In this document: in pieces, positions 1 to 9,376 of the stretch
How positions within the stretch are numbered: the stretch's first letter is position 1
Layout: each line of letters opens with the position of its first letter
Position numbers and translations under genes: made by a program
Virus record (IMG/VR): IMGVR_UViG_3300033141_006329
Coordinates: 159,371 to 223,370 of that record
Reading direction: 5' to 3' (one strand)
Length of the DNA stretch: 64,000 nt
The notes under the pieces: model-generated
Told to the model about the DNA's origin: nothing
The model's input: only the letters and a program-made list of their open reading frames with translations
Databases searched by the model: none

Positions 1-195
1 TAAGAAGTATGCACTAGTACTACCATCATAACTTATTCTTGCCCACCATGTTTCAGGGGATATTGTACTTAAAGATATGGTAGCATTTACATTAAATTTA
101 GAATTGGTTCTATATGTAATATAACGTTTCCTGCTATTGTTATTACTATAAGATTTGATTGTCCATGTTATACCATTTCGTTTGAAACGATTCAT
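1..195 (-). CDS. Small protein running off the window edge; possible member of the array family
   Basis: GGAG RBS then ATG at 195. Translated by hand as MNRFKRNGITWTIKSY..., open to position 1. Has the early I-x-W seen in many array proteins. Confidence 0.55.
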   Translation of the reverse strand, partial: MNRFKRNGITWTIKSYSNNNSRKRYITYRTNSKFNVNATISLSTISPETWWARISYDGSTSAYFL

Positions 196-241
196 AAGGT
201 CTCCCAAAAAAATTAAAACTAATAATCCGTAATTTCTCATT

Positions 242-275
242 AAAAGAAATTCCCCGCCACGATAATGACAGGGAA
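242..275 (-). terminator. Intrinsic terminator after ligA
   Basis: On the minus strand, TTCCCTGTCA-ttatcg-TGGCGGGGAA followed by TTTCTTTT. Confidence 0.65.
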
Positions 276-352
276 ATAATATATTATCACATGATATGAT
301 ATAAAAGGGCTCTACCCCTGAATAGAACCCTGATTATAAACAGATTGAAATA

Positions 353-2146
353 CTAACCAATCATTTCCATAAATGCATCCAGCGTCACTACAGGCACATT
401 ATATTTTATAGCCTTATCAATTTTACCCGATGTAAAATCTGAGTCGGGTTTAACTAATAATGATAGAGTCTTAGTAACAGATTTAGAAGGTGACCATCCC
501 CACACCTCTGCTAATTTGTGATAATGCGCTTTCTTTTTAGGAAATGTTCCTGTAAAACAAATTGTTTTTACTTCCATGTTTATTTCCTCCTTTTTGCGAA
601 TTTTTAATATGCTTTTTAACGCATCGATATAATTCCCTAATATATTTAAACTCAGGAAAATTTCCCCTGAGCGTTCTATACCAATGCCCTCAATTTCCAT
701 TAATTCATCTGTTGACATTTTCCTCAGATCCGATAAAGAACGAGTTTTGAGGACAGATTCACTCATTCTTATCCCAACGCCCTCAATATTAAGAGAGGCG
801 AGGATTTGCCATTCATATACTCCATTGTCTATAACCTTATGTATTTCATCATATAGGTTTTGAGCCGAACTATTTGCAAATCCATCCAGCTCCAAAATAT
901 CTTCTTTAGTGAGATTAAAAATATCAATCAGACTGTTACAGTCCTTATTGTCTATTAATTTTTTCAGGGTGGGTTCTCCTAATCTCTCTATGCCTATACG
1001 AACAACAGAATCAGAGAGGCATTGTAATAGCTTACCAGTACACTCATCGTTACTACATCTCAATACAGGCTCGTCATATATGACTTTTTCACCACAAGCA
1101 GGACACATGTCCAGTTTTATCTCAATTCTATTCTTGCCTGGAATAACTTTTTGGACATCAGGAATTATATCACCACATCGTTCGACTATGATCTCATCCC
1201 CTATATGTATATCGTTATCCAATACATACTTATAGTTATGAAGATTGACATTAGATACTATGACTCCACTAATCTCTACAGGCTCAACTTTGCCTACGGG
1301 GGTAATAACATTCTTTCCCGAACTCCAGAATATATCTATCAACTTAGTTCTACCTGTAGGGTTTTTGAATTTTAGTGCCATCTGCCCTTTTGGATGATGA
1401 GAGGTTGCGCCTAAAGATTTAGAATATTCCTCATCATGCAATTTAATGACCAGACCATCTGTGGGATATTTATTCATGATAGCTTTTTGTATCAAAGTAT
1501 TCCAATCTAATTTGGCCATGTGTTTATATTTCACAGATAGATTGACATGATTAAATGGAACAAAGGTTAATATTTTTCCTAAAGAATCATCTATATCATC
1601 TCTATTAAACAAACCAGCACACGCGTTCCTAGGAGTCTTATATGCCTCACCATTTTTTCTACAGATCTTATCTCGTATTCGATCAAAATCTTTAAGGGTC
1701 ATAACAATCTCACCGACAACATATTTGGGATTTTCATTGCCCTCAAATTTGATTATTGGTAATTTATCGGATATATTCACACCTATATATCCGTTACCTC
1801 TTGTCGATAAAACACCAGCATTAAACTCACCAGTTGCTCCATCCAATTTTAATTGAATGTCAAATAATTCATTATCGGTCCTCGCTGTTTTTCCACACCA
1901 TTCTAATATTTCATTTACAGAATATTTTTTGGCTAATGATAGCATAGGATTTTTATGTGTAATCTTACCTGCTGGTATGGATACAGGTGTATTAATCTCA
2001 TTTAATAGAGGATGTTTTGGATCAATTGCTCGCAACTCTTCTACCAGTACATCATACTCTGAATCAGATATGTTCGAGTCATCATCCTCCCAATATAGGC
2101 GATCGTGATAGGTAATTAATCTTTCTAATTCTTCTTTTCTATTCAT
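353..2146 (-). CDS. ligA: NAD-dependent DNA ligase
   Basis: Ia domain YHDRLYW..ISDSEYD, KLDG adenylation motif, RGNG, TPRNACAG, DGLVIK, C4 Zn finger, HhH repeats and C-terminal BRCT. Confidence 0.97.
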   Translation of the reverse strand: MNRKEELERLITYHDRLYWEDDDSNISDSEYDVLVEELRAIDPKHPLLNEINTPVSIPAGKITHKNPMLSLAKKYSVNEILEWCGKTARTDNELFDIQLKLDGATGEFNAGVLSTRGNGYIGVNISDKLPIIKFEGNENPKYVVGEIVMTLKDFDRIRDKICRKNGEAYKTPRNACAGLFNRDDIDDSLGKILTFVPFNHVNLSVKYKHMAKLDWNTLIQKAIMNKYPTDGLVIKLHDEEYSKSLGATSHHPKGQMALKFKNPTGRTKLIDIFWSSGKNVITPVGKVEPVEISGVIVSNVNLHNYKYVLDNDIHIGDEIIVERCGDIIPDVQKVIPGKNRIEIKLDMCPACGEKVIYDEPVLRCSNDECTGKLLQCLSDSVVRIGIERLGEPTLKKLIDNKDCNSLIDIFNLTKEDILELDGFANSSAQNLYDEIHKVIDNGVYEWQILASLNIEGVGIRMSESVLKTRSLSDLRKMSTDELMEIEGIGIERSGEIFLSLNILGNYIDALKSILKIRKKEEINMEVKTICFTGTFPKKKAHYHKLAEVWGWSPSKSVTKTLSLLVKPDSDFTSGKIDKAIKYNVPVVTLDAFMEMIG

Positions 2147-2158
2147 ATTTTTCTCCTT

Positions 2159-2428
2159 TTAATCAGGGTATTTCCCTTTTTGTATGTCCTCAACACTTCT
2201 AGACTTTTCTTTTTCCTTAGCCTCACATTCTTTTTTAGAACAACCTTTCTTAGCATAGTCGTTGCAATAAAACCCTGCCCCTTTAAAAATTATACCTGTA
2301 CCACCTGTAATAATCCTTCTTATTTCCTCACCACATTTTGGACAAATTGTTAGAGGTTCTTCAACCATTTTTTGGAATATCTCAAATTGGTATCCGCATC
2401 CTTCACATTTATAATCATAATTTGGCAT
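2159..2428 (-). CDS. FmdB-family zinc-ribbon protein
   Basis: MPNYDYKCEGCG..CPKCG..IIFKGAGFY signature. Confidence 0.9.
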   Translation of the reverse strand: MPNYDYKCEGCGYQFEIFQKMVEEPLTICPKCGEEIRRIITGGTGIIFKGAGFYCNDYAKKGCSKKECEAKEKEKSRSVEDIQKGKYPD

Positions 2429-2657
2429 TCGATTTCTCCTTATTGATAATTGAACCTACAATGGCTCCATATGTAACACAGCATAAACATGCTACTATGA
2501 AAGGAAACCAAGGTATGCCATTGTTCTTCGTGGTACATAGCCACCCAATATATATGGGCGCACCTATAGCAGCAGGTATAAAAAGGTATCTATCCTTTCC
2601 TGTAGTTTTGTATTTTCTTGCGGGCCAAATAACAATATCCTTTAATTTTTTAAGCAT
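2415..2657 (-). CDS. Small two-TM membrane protein
   Basis: Likely start MLKKLKD after a GGAGAAAG RBS; two hydrophobic segments. Confidence 0.6.
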   Translation of the reverse strand: MLKKLKDIVIWPARKYKTTGKDRYLFIPAAIGAPIYIGWLCTTKNNGIPWFPFIVACLCCVTYGAIVGSIINKEKSNAKL

Positions 2658-2889
2658 TTTCTTTCTCCTTATTGATAAGATATTTGCACATTTGCGGGTA
2701 AAAGAATGCAAATACATACCATATCCCCATAAACGAAATGGAAAATAATCTTTCATCAAATATACCAAATATCACAAACACACAAATAGGCGGGACAAAG
2801 ACAAATATTAAAAATAATAATATCTCTATGTAAGTGGTTCTGGCCCCTGTAAATTTTCTCCAATACCAAGTAAACATCTTTTTAAACAT
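2650..2889 (-). CDS. Small membrane protein
   Basis: Long hydrophobic stretch; overlaps both neighbours. Confidence 0.55.
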   Translation of the reverse strand: MFKKMFTWYWRKFTGARTTYIEILLFLIFVFVPPICVFVIFGIFDERLFSISFMGIWYVFAFFYPQMCKYLINKEKENA

Positions 2890-3412
2890 TCTGCTCCTCC
2901 TTTATTTTTTGAATATATGGTTTTAATTCCTCAAACGATACGGGTTTATAATCCCAAACATCTACTCCCACATTTATTACATTTTTTTGAATTTTAAACA
3001 GATCGTGTACATGGGCACATATAAAAATCTTAGATCTGTCAATACAACTCAAGGCAGGATCATGACACAATATTAAATCAATACCATCAATAGTAATTTC
3101 TAAACTTGTATGTACACTCCGAAACCCTATATTATTTACATATGAAAAAGGTTTAAGGGTATCATGATTTCCCAATATTAAAATTTTTATTCCTTTTAAT
3201 TTTCTAATAACCGACTGATAATAATTCATATGTTGGTTTGATCTGAGACTTAAATCACCAACAATATAAACAGTATCATCTTTTCCAACGACCTCATTAT
3301 GATTTTTTATTAAAGCTTTGTCCATCTCTTCGCTGGTTTTGTATGGGCGATTACAATACAGAATTGCATTGTAATGACCATAGTGTGGATCCGCCGTAAA
3401 GTATATACTCAT
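2882..3412 (-). CDS. Calcineurin-like metallophosphoesterase
   Basis: FTADPHYGH, IVGDL, ILGNHD, LCHDP and CAHVH motifs; likely start MSIYF at 3412. Confidence 0.92.
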   Translation of the reverse strand: MSIYFTADPHYGHYNAILYCNRPYKTSEEMDKALIKNHNEVVGKDDTVYIVGDLSLRSNQHMNYYQSVIRKLKGIKILILGNHDTLKPFSYVNNIGFRSVHTSLEITIDGIDLILCHDPALSCIDRSKIFICAHVHDLFKIQKNVINVGVDVWDYKPVSFEELKPYIQKIKEEQNV

Positions 3413-3462
3413 TATCCTCTCTCCTTTCTTTAAAAATAAAATTAGCAAACAAGGTTCTTCAT

Positions 3463-3482
3463 TCATAATTTAATATATATAG
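3463..3482 (-). promoter_or_regulatory. AT-rich motif class 2 (CTAT[TA]TATATATTAAATTATGA), candidate early/middle promoter
   Basis: Near-identical copies at 36506 and 60328. Confidence 0.5.
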
Positions 3483-3500
3483 TTGAACCGCATATTAGGT

Positions 3501-3515
3501 AGGACAAACTATAAA
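3501..3515 (+). promoter_or_regulatory. Putative late promoter motif
   Basis: AGGACAAACTATAAA, intergenic. Confidence 0.65.
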
Positions 3516-3546
3516 GAAAACATTGAATTAGGAGGGTATATGTATT

Positions 3547-4794
3547 ATGGGGTTTTGTCCTTTTTTATCATTGAGAAAAATAATACAAGTGAATGTTGCA
3601 CCAAGGACAATTGGTGGTAGCATCACAAGAGATAATGGGAGTACGGTAACGTCGTGGATTCCAGGAACAGAAGAAGCTGTTTATAAACCCACATCTATTT
3701 CTGCTGCTATAGACACAGTAGATTACAATTCGGCTATAACATATGAACCTTGTCAAACTACAGCATGTCAATTATGGGATGATAAAAATAGTAGATGTGG
3801 CGCAAGAAGTTCAGATTTTATATACAATGGCAACACAGTTGAATCTGATGCAATAGTTAATATTATAAAAGCTGTAGTAGGTTCATACAGTCAAATAACT
3901 TCAGGTAATACATTGGTCCAAGAATTTCAAGATGTTGTAGGAAAAAGCACAGAGCAAGATAATTCAAGTAGTTTATATAAATATCTTCAGGATGTTATAG
4001 GAACACATGCTGAGAAAGATGGTATTAATAATTCAACTAGTCTAATAAACTATCTACAGGATGTTGTAGGAAAAAATGCAGATAAGGATAATGATAAAAG
4101 TCTGTTATCATTCCTATCATCAATATTAGGGGCAAATACAGATAAGGATTCTGGTAATTCTTTTCTTAAACAGTTTACAGAAATAGTAGGATCAATAACA
4201 GACAAAGATGTAGCATCAGCTGATTGGGGAATTTTAACCAGTCTCCTGAGTACATTCAGATTAACACATGTACCATCTGGAGAAGCACCCGCACCCTCAA
4301 CACTGATAATGGAATTTTTAAATAAAACAGATGCAGATAAGGTGGATTTTAGTTCATTGGGAGTTTCGGGTAGTATATATGGTCACGAGTTTATGATATA
4401 TGAATCAAACCCGGATGATTTACCACCCATACTTAAAACGATACAGGAACATCCAGATTTTAAAACAGATGATATAGTAGATTTAGCAAATAGTAATTGT
4501 TCAGTGACTAATACTGTACCAGGGCATGATAGTACTGATGAATGGGAATATACAATAGAAGCGACTGATGGTACAACAGATTTTGTAGTTGATGGTATAA
4601 CTACGGATATGTATGTATTCGTTGAAAGCATAAATAAAGTGGGAACCATAACTGAAGTTGCTCCGGATAGTGTTGCTACAAAATTAAAAATAAATATGGG
4701 CGTATATGATATTGATCCTTTACCAAACCTGTCATATTTCTTTATAGCAGGTAGGAAAAGAATATCATTTGCAGAATATGAATCCATGTTTTGA
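3547..4794 (+). CDS. Putative virion protein with Cys-rich N-terminus and about five 20-23 aa repeats
   Basis: MGFCPF..CQTTACQLWD; repeats of QDVVGK..DKD..SL..(Y/F)L; lies behind the late motif and before PAAR. Confidence 0.6.
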   Translation: MGFCPFLSLRKIIQVNVAPRTIGGSITRDNGSTVTSWIPGTEEAVYKPTSISAAIDTVDYNSAITYEPCQTTACQLWDDKNSRCGARSSDFIYNGNTVESDAIVNIIKAVVGSYSQITSGNTLVQEFQDVVGKSTEQDNSSSLYKYLQDVIGTHAEKDGINNSTSLINYLQDVVGKNADKDNDKSLLSFLSSILGANTDKDSGNSFLKQFTEIVGSITDKDVASADWGILTSLLSTFRLTHVPSGEAPAPSTLIMEFLNKTDADKVDFSSLGVSGSIYGHEFMIYESNPDDLPPILKTIQEHPDFKTDDIVDLANSNCSVTNTVPGHDSTDEWEYTIEATDGTTDFVVDGITTDMYVFVESINKVGTITEVAPDSVATKLKINMGVYDIDPLPNLSYFFIAGRKRISFAEYESMF

Positions 4795-4809
4795 TAAGGA
4801 TAATATAAT

Positions 4810-5124
4810 ATGCCAGCAAATAGTAGATTGTTCGATCTATATGCAGGGGTAACACCATTACCTCCCCATCCACCAATCCCGCCTCCACCAATGGTCGGAG
4901 CAATAATAGCATTATGTTCAGGCGATCATACAGTAGAATCTTTTAGTCAAGCCACTATCGGAAGTATGGGGTTGGACAACTGTATGATTCATGTGACATT
5001 CATAGTAGCAGGAAGCGGGACATCTAAAACAAACGGGAAAGCAAAAGCTCGTGTTGGAGATCCTGTTGTCGGTGGTACTATAGGGGTAATGGTAACAGGC
5101 GCAGGGACAGAACAGACAGGATGA
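4810..5124 (+). CDS. PAAR-like spike tip protein
   Basis: SRLFD..HPP..PMVGAII and TNGKAKARVGD..G.MVTGA pattern. Confidence 0.8.
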   Translation: MPANSRLFDLYAGVTPLPPHPPIPPPPMVGAIIALCSGDHTVESFSQATIGSMGLDNCMIHVTFIVAGSGTSKTNGKAKARVGDPVVGGTIGVMVTGAGTEQTG

Positions 5125-5212
5125 TGATAATCATCTCAGCCACACATATTAACAAACCAATCTATCTTTAAAAATAATAAGCGTTTAGATAGTGCGCTTT
5201 GAGAGGAAAGTT

Positions 5213-6013
5213 ATGAACATGTATCAAGAAAAATTTGTAGCAGTGGTTAAATGTAATGGAAAAATTATGAGAGAAAGGGATGGAGTTATATCCTTACCAT
5301 TTGGATCAGAATATTCTATATTATTAAAAAATCTTAATACAGTAAAAGCATCTGTAGATATATCTGTAGATAGTATGGATGTGGTTGATGGTCATTCTAT
5401 TTTAATAGAACCTGAAAAATCTGTAGAGTTAGAAGGATTTATGAGAGGATCTGTTGCGAGGAATAGATTCAAATTTATAAATAAAACTAAGGAAATATCT
5501 GAATATAGGGGTGATAGAATAGATGATGGGTTAATACGAGTAGAGGTTACATTTGAGAAGAAAATAGAAAAAACAATTACAATATCAGATGGTACTTATT
5601 ATACTTATTATCCTCCAGTTTATAATCATTTTACATGGACAGATGGTGGAAGTGGCAGTACTGGTGGTTTATTATCAGAAATGGATTTTTCGATCTCTAA
5701 TACATGTAGTACCAAATTGGGATCAGGTCATGTATCATGTAGTGCCGCCCAGAGTGACATGAGCGAGCCATTATCAGATGAGGGTATAACAGTTAAAGGA
5801 TCTTCTTGTAATCAAGCATTCGCCCCGGCATCAATAGGAATGTTGGAAGATAATTCCTCAGTTATAATATTACAGTTGAGTGGTTATAATGCTGAGGGTA
5901 TTAAAGTAAAAAGTCCTATAACAGTTAACACCAAGATAACATGTGAAACCTGCGGTAAGGGTTCCAAATCTAATTTAAAATTTTGTGGGAATTGTGGAAC
6001 CTCACTAATATAG
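5213..6013 (+). CDS. Conserved hypothetical with C-terminal zinc ribbon
   Basis: LPFGSEYSILLKN..ELEGF..RFKF; ends in CETCG..KFCGNCG. Confidence 0.75.
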   Translation: MNMYQEKFVAVVKCNGKIMRERDGVISLPFGSEYSILLKNLNTVKASVDISVDSMDVVDGHSILIEPEKSVELEGFMRGSVARNRFKFINKTKEISEYRGDRIDDGLIRVEVTFEKKIEKTITISDGTYYTYYPPVYNHFTWTDGGSGSTGGLLSEMDFSISNTCSTKLGSGHVSCSAAQSDMSEPLSDEGITVKGSSCNQAFAPASIGMLEDNSSVIILQLSGYNAEGIKVKSPITVNTKITCETCGKGSKSNLKFCGNCGTSLI

Positions 6014-6089
6014 TACAATCTTGTGGCTGAGGTATTATTATATTTTTTGAGGATATTATTTTTTATAGTTAATTATCGGAGGATTAAAA

Positions 6090-6368
6090 ATGAAAGAACA
6101 AACCGTTAAACAATCTGAGGAATTAAAACAAGCAATAGAATCAAGGGATAAATTTTTACAAAGACATCCTAACCTAAAAATATTTCAAATGGAAATCGAC
6201 AATGCTTTAGATAGGGTAAAGGACCCCTTAGAGAGATTGAGAATTCTATTCAAGTTAATAACTAAAAGAAATAATGAGCTACAGGAGGCAATAAACGAAT
6301 ACAAAATTGAATATACTTCATTACCTGAGGATGTCAAGAAAGAAGTAGAACCTGTAACAATGTTGTGA
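6090..6368 (+). CDS. Coiled-coil protein whose 3-prime end is interrupted by the IS
   Basis: GGAG RBS; the stop codon TGA (6366-6368) lies inside the IS right end. Confidence 0.65.
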   Translation: MKEQTVKQSEELKQAIESRDKFLQRHPNLKIFQMEIDNALDRVKDPLERLRILFKLITKRNNELQEAINEYKIEYTSLPEDVKKEVEPVTML

Positions 6369-6500
6369 ACTACCACAACTTCAAGTTGCAGCTTCCTGCT
6401 TCGCTGAAATCCACTTGACAAGGTTCTATACAAGCAACCAAGTTAGAGGTTGATCTCTCAGCAGGCGTTGAACTGATGCGTCCCGCACCAGTTTGATTTA
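6365..6500 (-). ncRNA. Predicted TnpB reRNA scaffold overlapping the tnpB 3-prime end
   Basis: Inferred from known TnpB architecture plus the right-end hairpin; 5-prime boundary is a guess. Confidence 0.5.
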
Positions 6501-7620
6501 ACCCTTTATAGAGGATGTTCTTTGCAGCATGAATGTCACGATCTTTTCTATAACCACAGTCGCAGACGAACATCCTATCTTTTAAGGTTAGTGATTTGTT
6601 AATTGCGTTACACGCAGGACATAATTTAGTGGAGGGATAGTATCTATCTACGAGCCTTAGAGTATGTGACTTTTTCTTTAAGTCACTCATTATTCCTCCA
6701 AGGATTGAATGTTGAACTGATTTTCCAAACCACTTCTCGCTCCACCCTTTAATATTCTCGTCTTGCACACAGACAATTTTATACTTCTTTGTGATATGCG
6801 AAACAATTTTGTTTTTCGCATCTTTCTTCTGATTAGTTAACTTGTTGTATTTCTTAGCTATCTTCGAATTGAGTTTCCTATTATTCTTAGAGCCTTTCTT
6901 CTTGTGTTTCTTCTTTCGTTGAAGACGTTTTAGACTTTCTGGTATTGGGAATGAGAAGCTATGCTTCTCACCATTATCAAAAGTAAGAGAAGTCTTGATG
7001 CCGAAGTCAATGCCTATAGCTTCCTGTTCAAACACTTTCTCTTCCTTCGGTAAATAGCAAGTGACATGTAAGAAATAATCTTCGCATTTTCGTACGAGGT
7101 TCGCTGTTGCAATCTCTGCATTTGAAGGGATTTGTTTCAAACCTATCAGTTTGAAACTACCCTTAAATCCTTGCAGCTTGAGATACTTGCCTCGCAGCTT
7201 ATGCGTACTATTGAATTGCTTCAGATAAATGCTATTCGATCTACTCTTGAACTTCAATCTACCTACTTTCTTACCTTTCTTCTTCTTAGCAGATAGTCCA
7301 CAAATGTTGTGAAACAACCTCTCTCGAACGCCCTGCTTCATCTGAGAAGAAATCGCTTCAAGCGAACGAGTTTCGGCGATTTTATCTTTTCCGCAAATTG
7401 AGATCTCGTTCACTTTAGTATTAAAATTTACCGGGTTATCTGTACCTAACATACAATTATACAACCACTTAGCTTCTAAGAATAAACGATCCAGGTACTC
7501 TCGTTTTTTCTTGGAGAGATGTGATTTATCAAACTTCAGCTCGTAAACTTTACAAATCAAAGACTTACGTCTTTCTCTTGTAGCCTTACCAGCCAGTTTG
7601 ATTCTTTCGTTTTTTGTCAT
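6370..7620 (-). CDS. tnpB: TnpB RNA-guided endonuclease
   Basis: RuvC-I AIGIDFG, RuvC-II variant VCVQDEN, PSTKLCPAC..CDCG Zn finger, RuvC-III DRDIHAAKNI. Confidence 0.93.
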   Translation of the reverse strand: MTKNERIKLAGKATRERRKSLICKVYELKFDKSHLSKKKREYLDRLFLEAKWLYNCMLGTDNPVNFNTKVNEISICGKDKIAETRSLEAISSQMKQGVRERLFHNICGLSAKKKKGKKVGRLKFKSRSNSIYLKQFNSTHKLRGKYLKLQGFKGSFKLIGLKQIPSNAEIATANLVRKCEDYFLHVTCYLPKEEKVFEQEAIGIDFGIKTSLTFDNGEKHSFSFPIPESLKRLQRKKKHKKKGSKNNRKLNSKIAKKYNKLTNQKKDAKNKIVSHITKKYKIVCVQDENIKGWSEKWFGKSVQHSILGGIMSDLKKKSHTLRLVDRYYPSTKLCPACNAINKSLTLKDRMFVCDCGYRKDRDIHAAKNILYKGLNQTGAGRISSTPAERSTSNLVACIEPCQVDFSEAGSCNLKLW

Positions 7621-7638
7621 TTACAGATTTCCTCTTTA

Positions 7639-7653
7639 TTTGTAGTTTGTCCT
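7639..7653 (-). promoter_or_regulatory. Late promoter motif inside the IS, upstream of tnpB
   Basis: AGGACAAACTACAAA about 19 nt before the ATG. Confidence 0.6.
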
Positions 7654-7763
7654 CTGAGAAGGCTGGGAAAAAACAACAGAATTCATCCACAGCTTCAGGT
7701 TGTGGTATTCTTCTTGGATGGGAGGAATAATATCCTTAGATAAAAATGTGTCTGATTTTATAA

Positions 7764-7778
7764 AGGACAAACTGTAAA
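7764..7778 (+). promoter_or_regulatory. Putative late promoter motif
   Basis: AGGACAAACTGTAAA. Confidence 0.65.
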
Positions 7779-7865
7779 GAAGAATTTAAATTTTATTTCT
7801 TGTGAGGAAATAGAAATTAAGAGTTAGTTTTATAAGGAACTCAAAAAATTGAAAGGAGAATTAAA

Positions 7866-8903
7866 ATGAGTTTTGAATTATTAGATGATGTTTTGTTAGA
7901 GTCTGGGTATAAAACTCCAGATGAAGAGAAAAAAGAAGAGGAAGTTGTCAATACTGAAGATAATGATATATTCGAGGAATTAGATGGAATGATCGAAGGG
8001 GCTATGAGAGAATCCCTGAGAAATACTGTTTTTTGTAGTGAAAATGATAGTGATGTTAAATTAGAGCATCTCGAAGTAGTTGAGAGTGCTGAATTTACCG
8101 AAGAGCAAATGACTAAGTTTATGGATACTACGATATATCCTATATTGGAGATGTCTGGTTCATTAGAAGATAATGATAATGAAACTGTATCGTTGCCAAT
8201 ATTTGAAATAGTTGGTCTCTTAGAGGATTTAGGTTCAGATGAAATAACTGAGGAAAATGCTGATATAGAATTAGAAGCAATATGCGAATTCTATGGTATA
8301 AATGATGAAGATAGGGAAACTATCATTGCAGAGGCTACAGAATTGTTAGAATCACATGGTATAGATAAGCTTGATCCTTCAATGCAGGATGTTAGTCTTT
8401 TAGTATGTGAGACTATAGTTATTTTAGGCGAAGTTGATACGAGTGAAAATTTGGAAGAAGCAAAGAAGAAGGGTGGACGACCTACAAAGAAACAGGTTCA
8501 AATGAGAATACTCAGAGGACGCATAAAAGATGCACCTGGAAAGGCTTTGGCTTATAGTAAAGAAAAAGGAAAAGAAGTTGGAAGTTGGGTTGCTGCTAAA
8601 GGTAAGGCAGGTTTGGCTAAAGGAAAAGAAGCTTTGGGTACGAAAAAAGGTAAGATTATAGCTGGTGCTATTACAATGGCTGCTGTAGCTGCTGCTGCTG
8701 CTCTTGCATATAGACGTAAGGGAGATAAATGTAAAGGTCTTGATGGCGATGCGAAATCTAAATGTAAAGCCGCCGCTGTTAATGATGCAATCAAAGCATT
8801 GAACCAACAGAAATCACAATGTAAAAAAGCAAAAAATCCCGCCAAGTGTGCTGCTGGTGTTGATAAACAAATAGCAAAATGGAAAGGCCGCATGGCTGCA
8901 TAA
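7866..8903 (+). CDS. Putative head-internal or processed virion protein
   Basis: Very acidic first ~200 aa, junction NLEE|AKKK, Lys/Ala-rich basic C-half with paired Cys. Confidence 0.55.
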   Translation: MSFELLDDVLLESGYKTPDEEKKEEEVVNTEDNDIFEELDGMIEGAMRESLRNTVFCSENDSDVKLEHLEVVESAEFTEEQMTKFMDTTIYPILEMSGSLEDNDNETVSLPIFEIVGLLEDLGSDEITEENADIELEAICEFYGINDEDRETIIAEATELLESHGIDKLDPSMQDVSLLVCETIVILGEVDTSENLEEAKKKGGRPTKKQVQMRILRGRIKDAPGKALAYSKEKGKEVGSWVAAKGKAGLAKGKEALGTKKGKIIAGAITMAAVAAAAALAYRRKGDKCKGLDGDAKSKCKAAAVNDAIKALNQQKSQCKKAKNPAKCAAGVDKQIAKWKGRMAA

Positions 8904-8933
8904 GTAAGGATAAATATATTTTATAGGATAGAA

Positions 8934-8968
8934 GGGGTCGGGTTTTAAATCCTGACCCCGCTTTTTCT
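8934..8968 (+). terminator. Intrinsic terminator
   Basis: GGGGTCGGG-ttttaaat-CCTGACCCC-gcTTTTTCTT. Confidence 0.85.
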
Positions 8969-8986
8969 TAAGAGGAGTTTTGAAAG

Positions 8987-9376
8987 ATGCATTATTTAAA
9001 AAGATGGTTCGAGGAGTTAGGTAGTGGTAATTGCTCACAATCCGTATCCACATATGAGACTCCTGCCAAACCCATTTTGAGACCCGAAACTGAAGATGAA
9101 ATTACAACCGAAGAAGATGATGAACAAGAAGATATAAATGAAGGCACCACAGATAGGATAGATAAAAAAATACATGGGAGAAAAGATTATTGGGACCGAC
9201 GAATAGAATATATTAGCAAGTTAATGGATGATATAAAGACAGAGAGTAGGAAATGCAGAGATATGGGAGACCCCAAGAAATCTAGAGATTGTGTAGAGAA
9301 ATGGAGAAAGGAAATGATTAGGGCTAGAGAGAGTATGGATAAAGCACAGACTGCATTGAGAAAGACAGAAGACTAG
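8987..9376 (+). CDS. Acidic-then-basic small protein related in layout to 7866..8903
   Basis: Acidic tract, DINE|G, then helical CRDMGDPKK..CVEKW. Confidence 0.55.
   Translation: MHYLKRWFEELGSGNCSQSVSTYETPAKPILRPETEDEITTEEDDEQEDINEGTTDRIDKKIHGRKDYWDRRIEYISKLMDDIKTESRKCRDMGDPKKSRDCVEKWRKEMIRARESMDKAQTALRKTED

Larger units (their letters stand above)
6365..7717 (-). mobile_element. tnpB-only (non-autonomous) IS200/IS605 element
   Basis: Right end GAAG-CTGCAAC-TTGAA-GTTGTGG-TAGTTCAC. Left end CCAAGAAGAATA-CCACAACCTGAAGCTGTGG-ATGAATT. No tnpA. Left boundary uncertain by a few nt. Confidence 0.85.

Noticed and set aside
562-2748. Plus-strand ORFs opposite ligA and its neighbours
   Set aside because: Shadow ORFs fully overlapping well-supported minus-strand genes.
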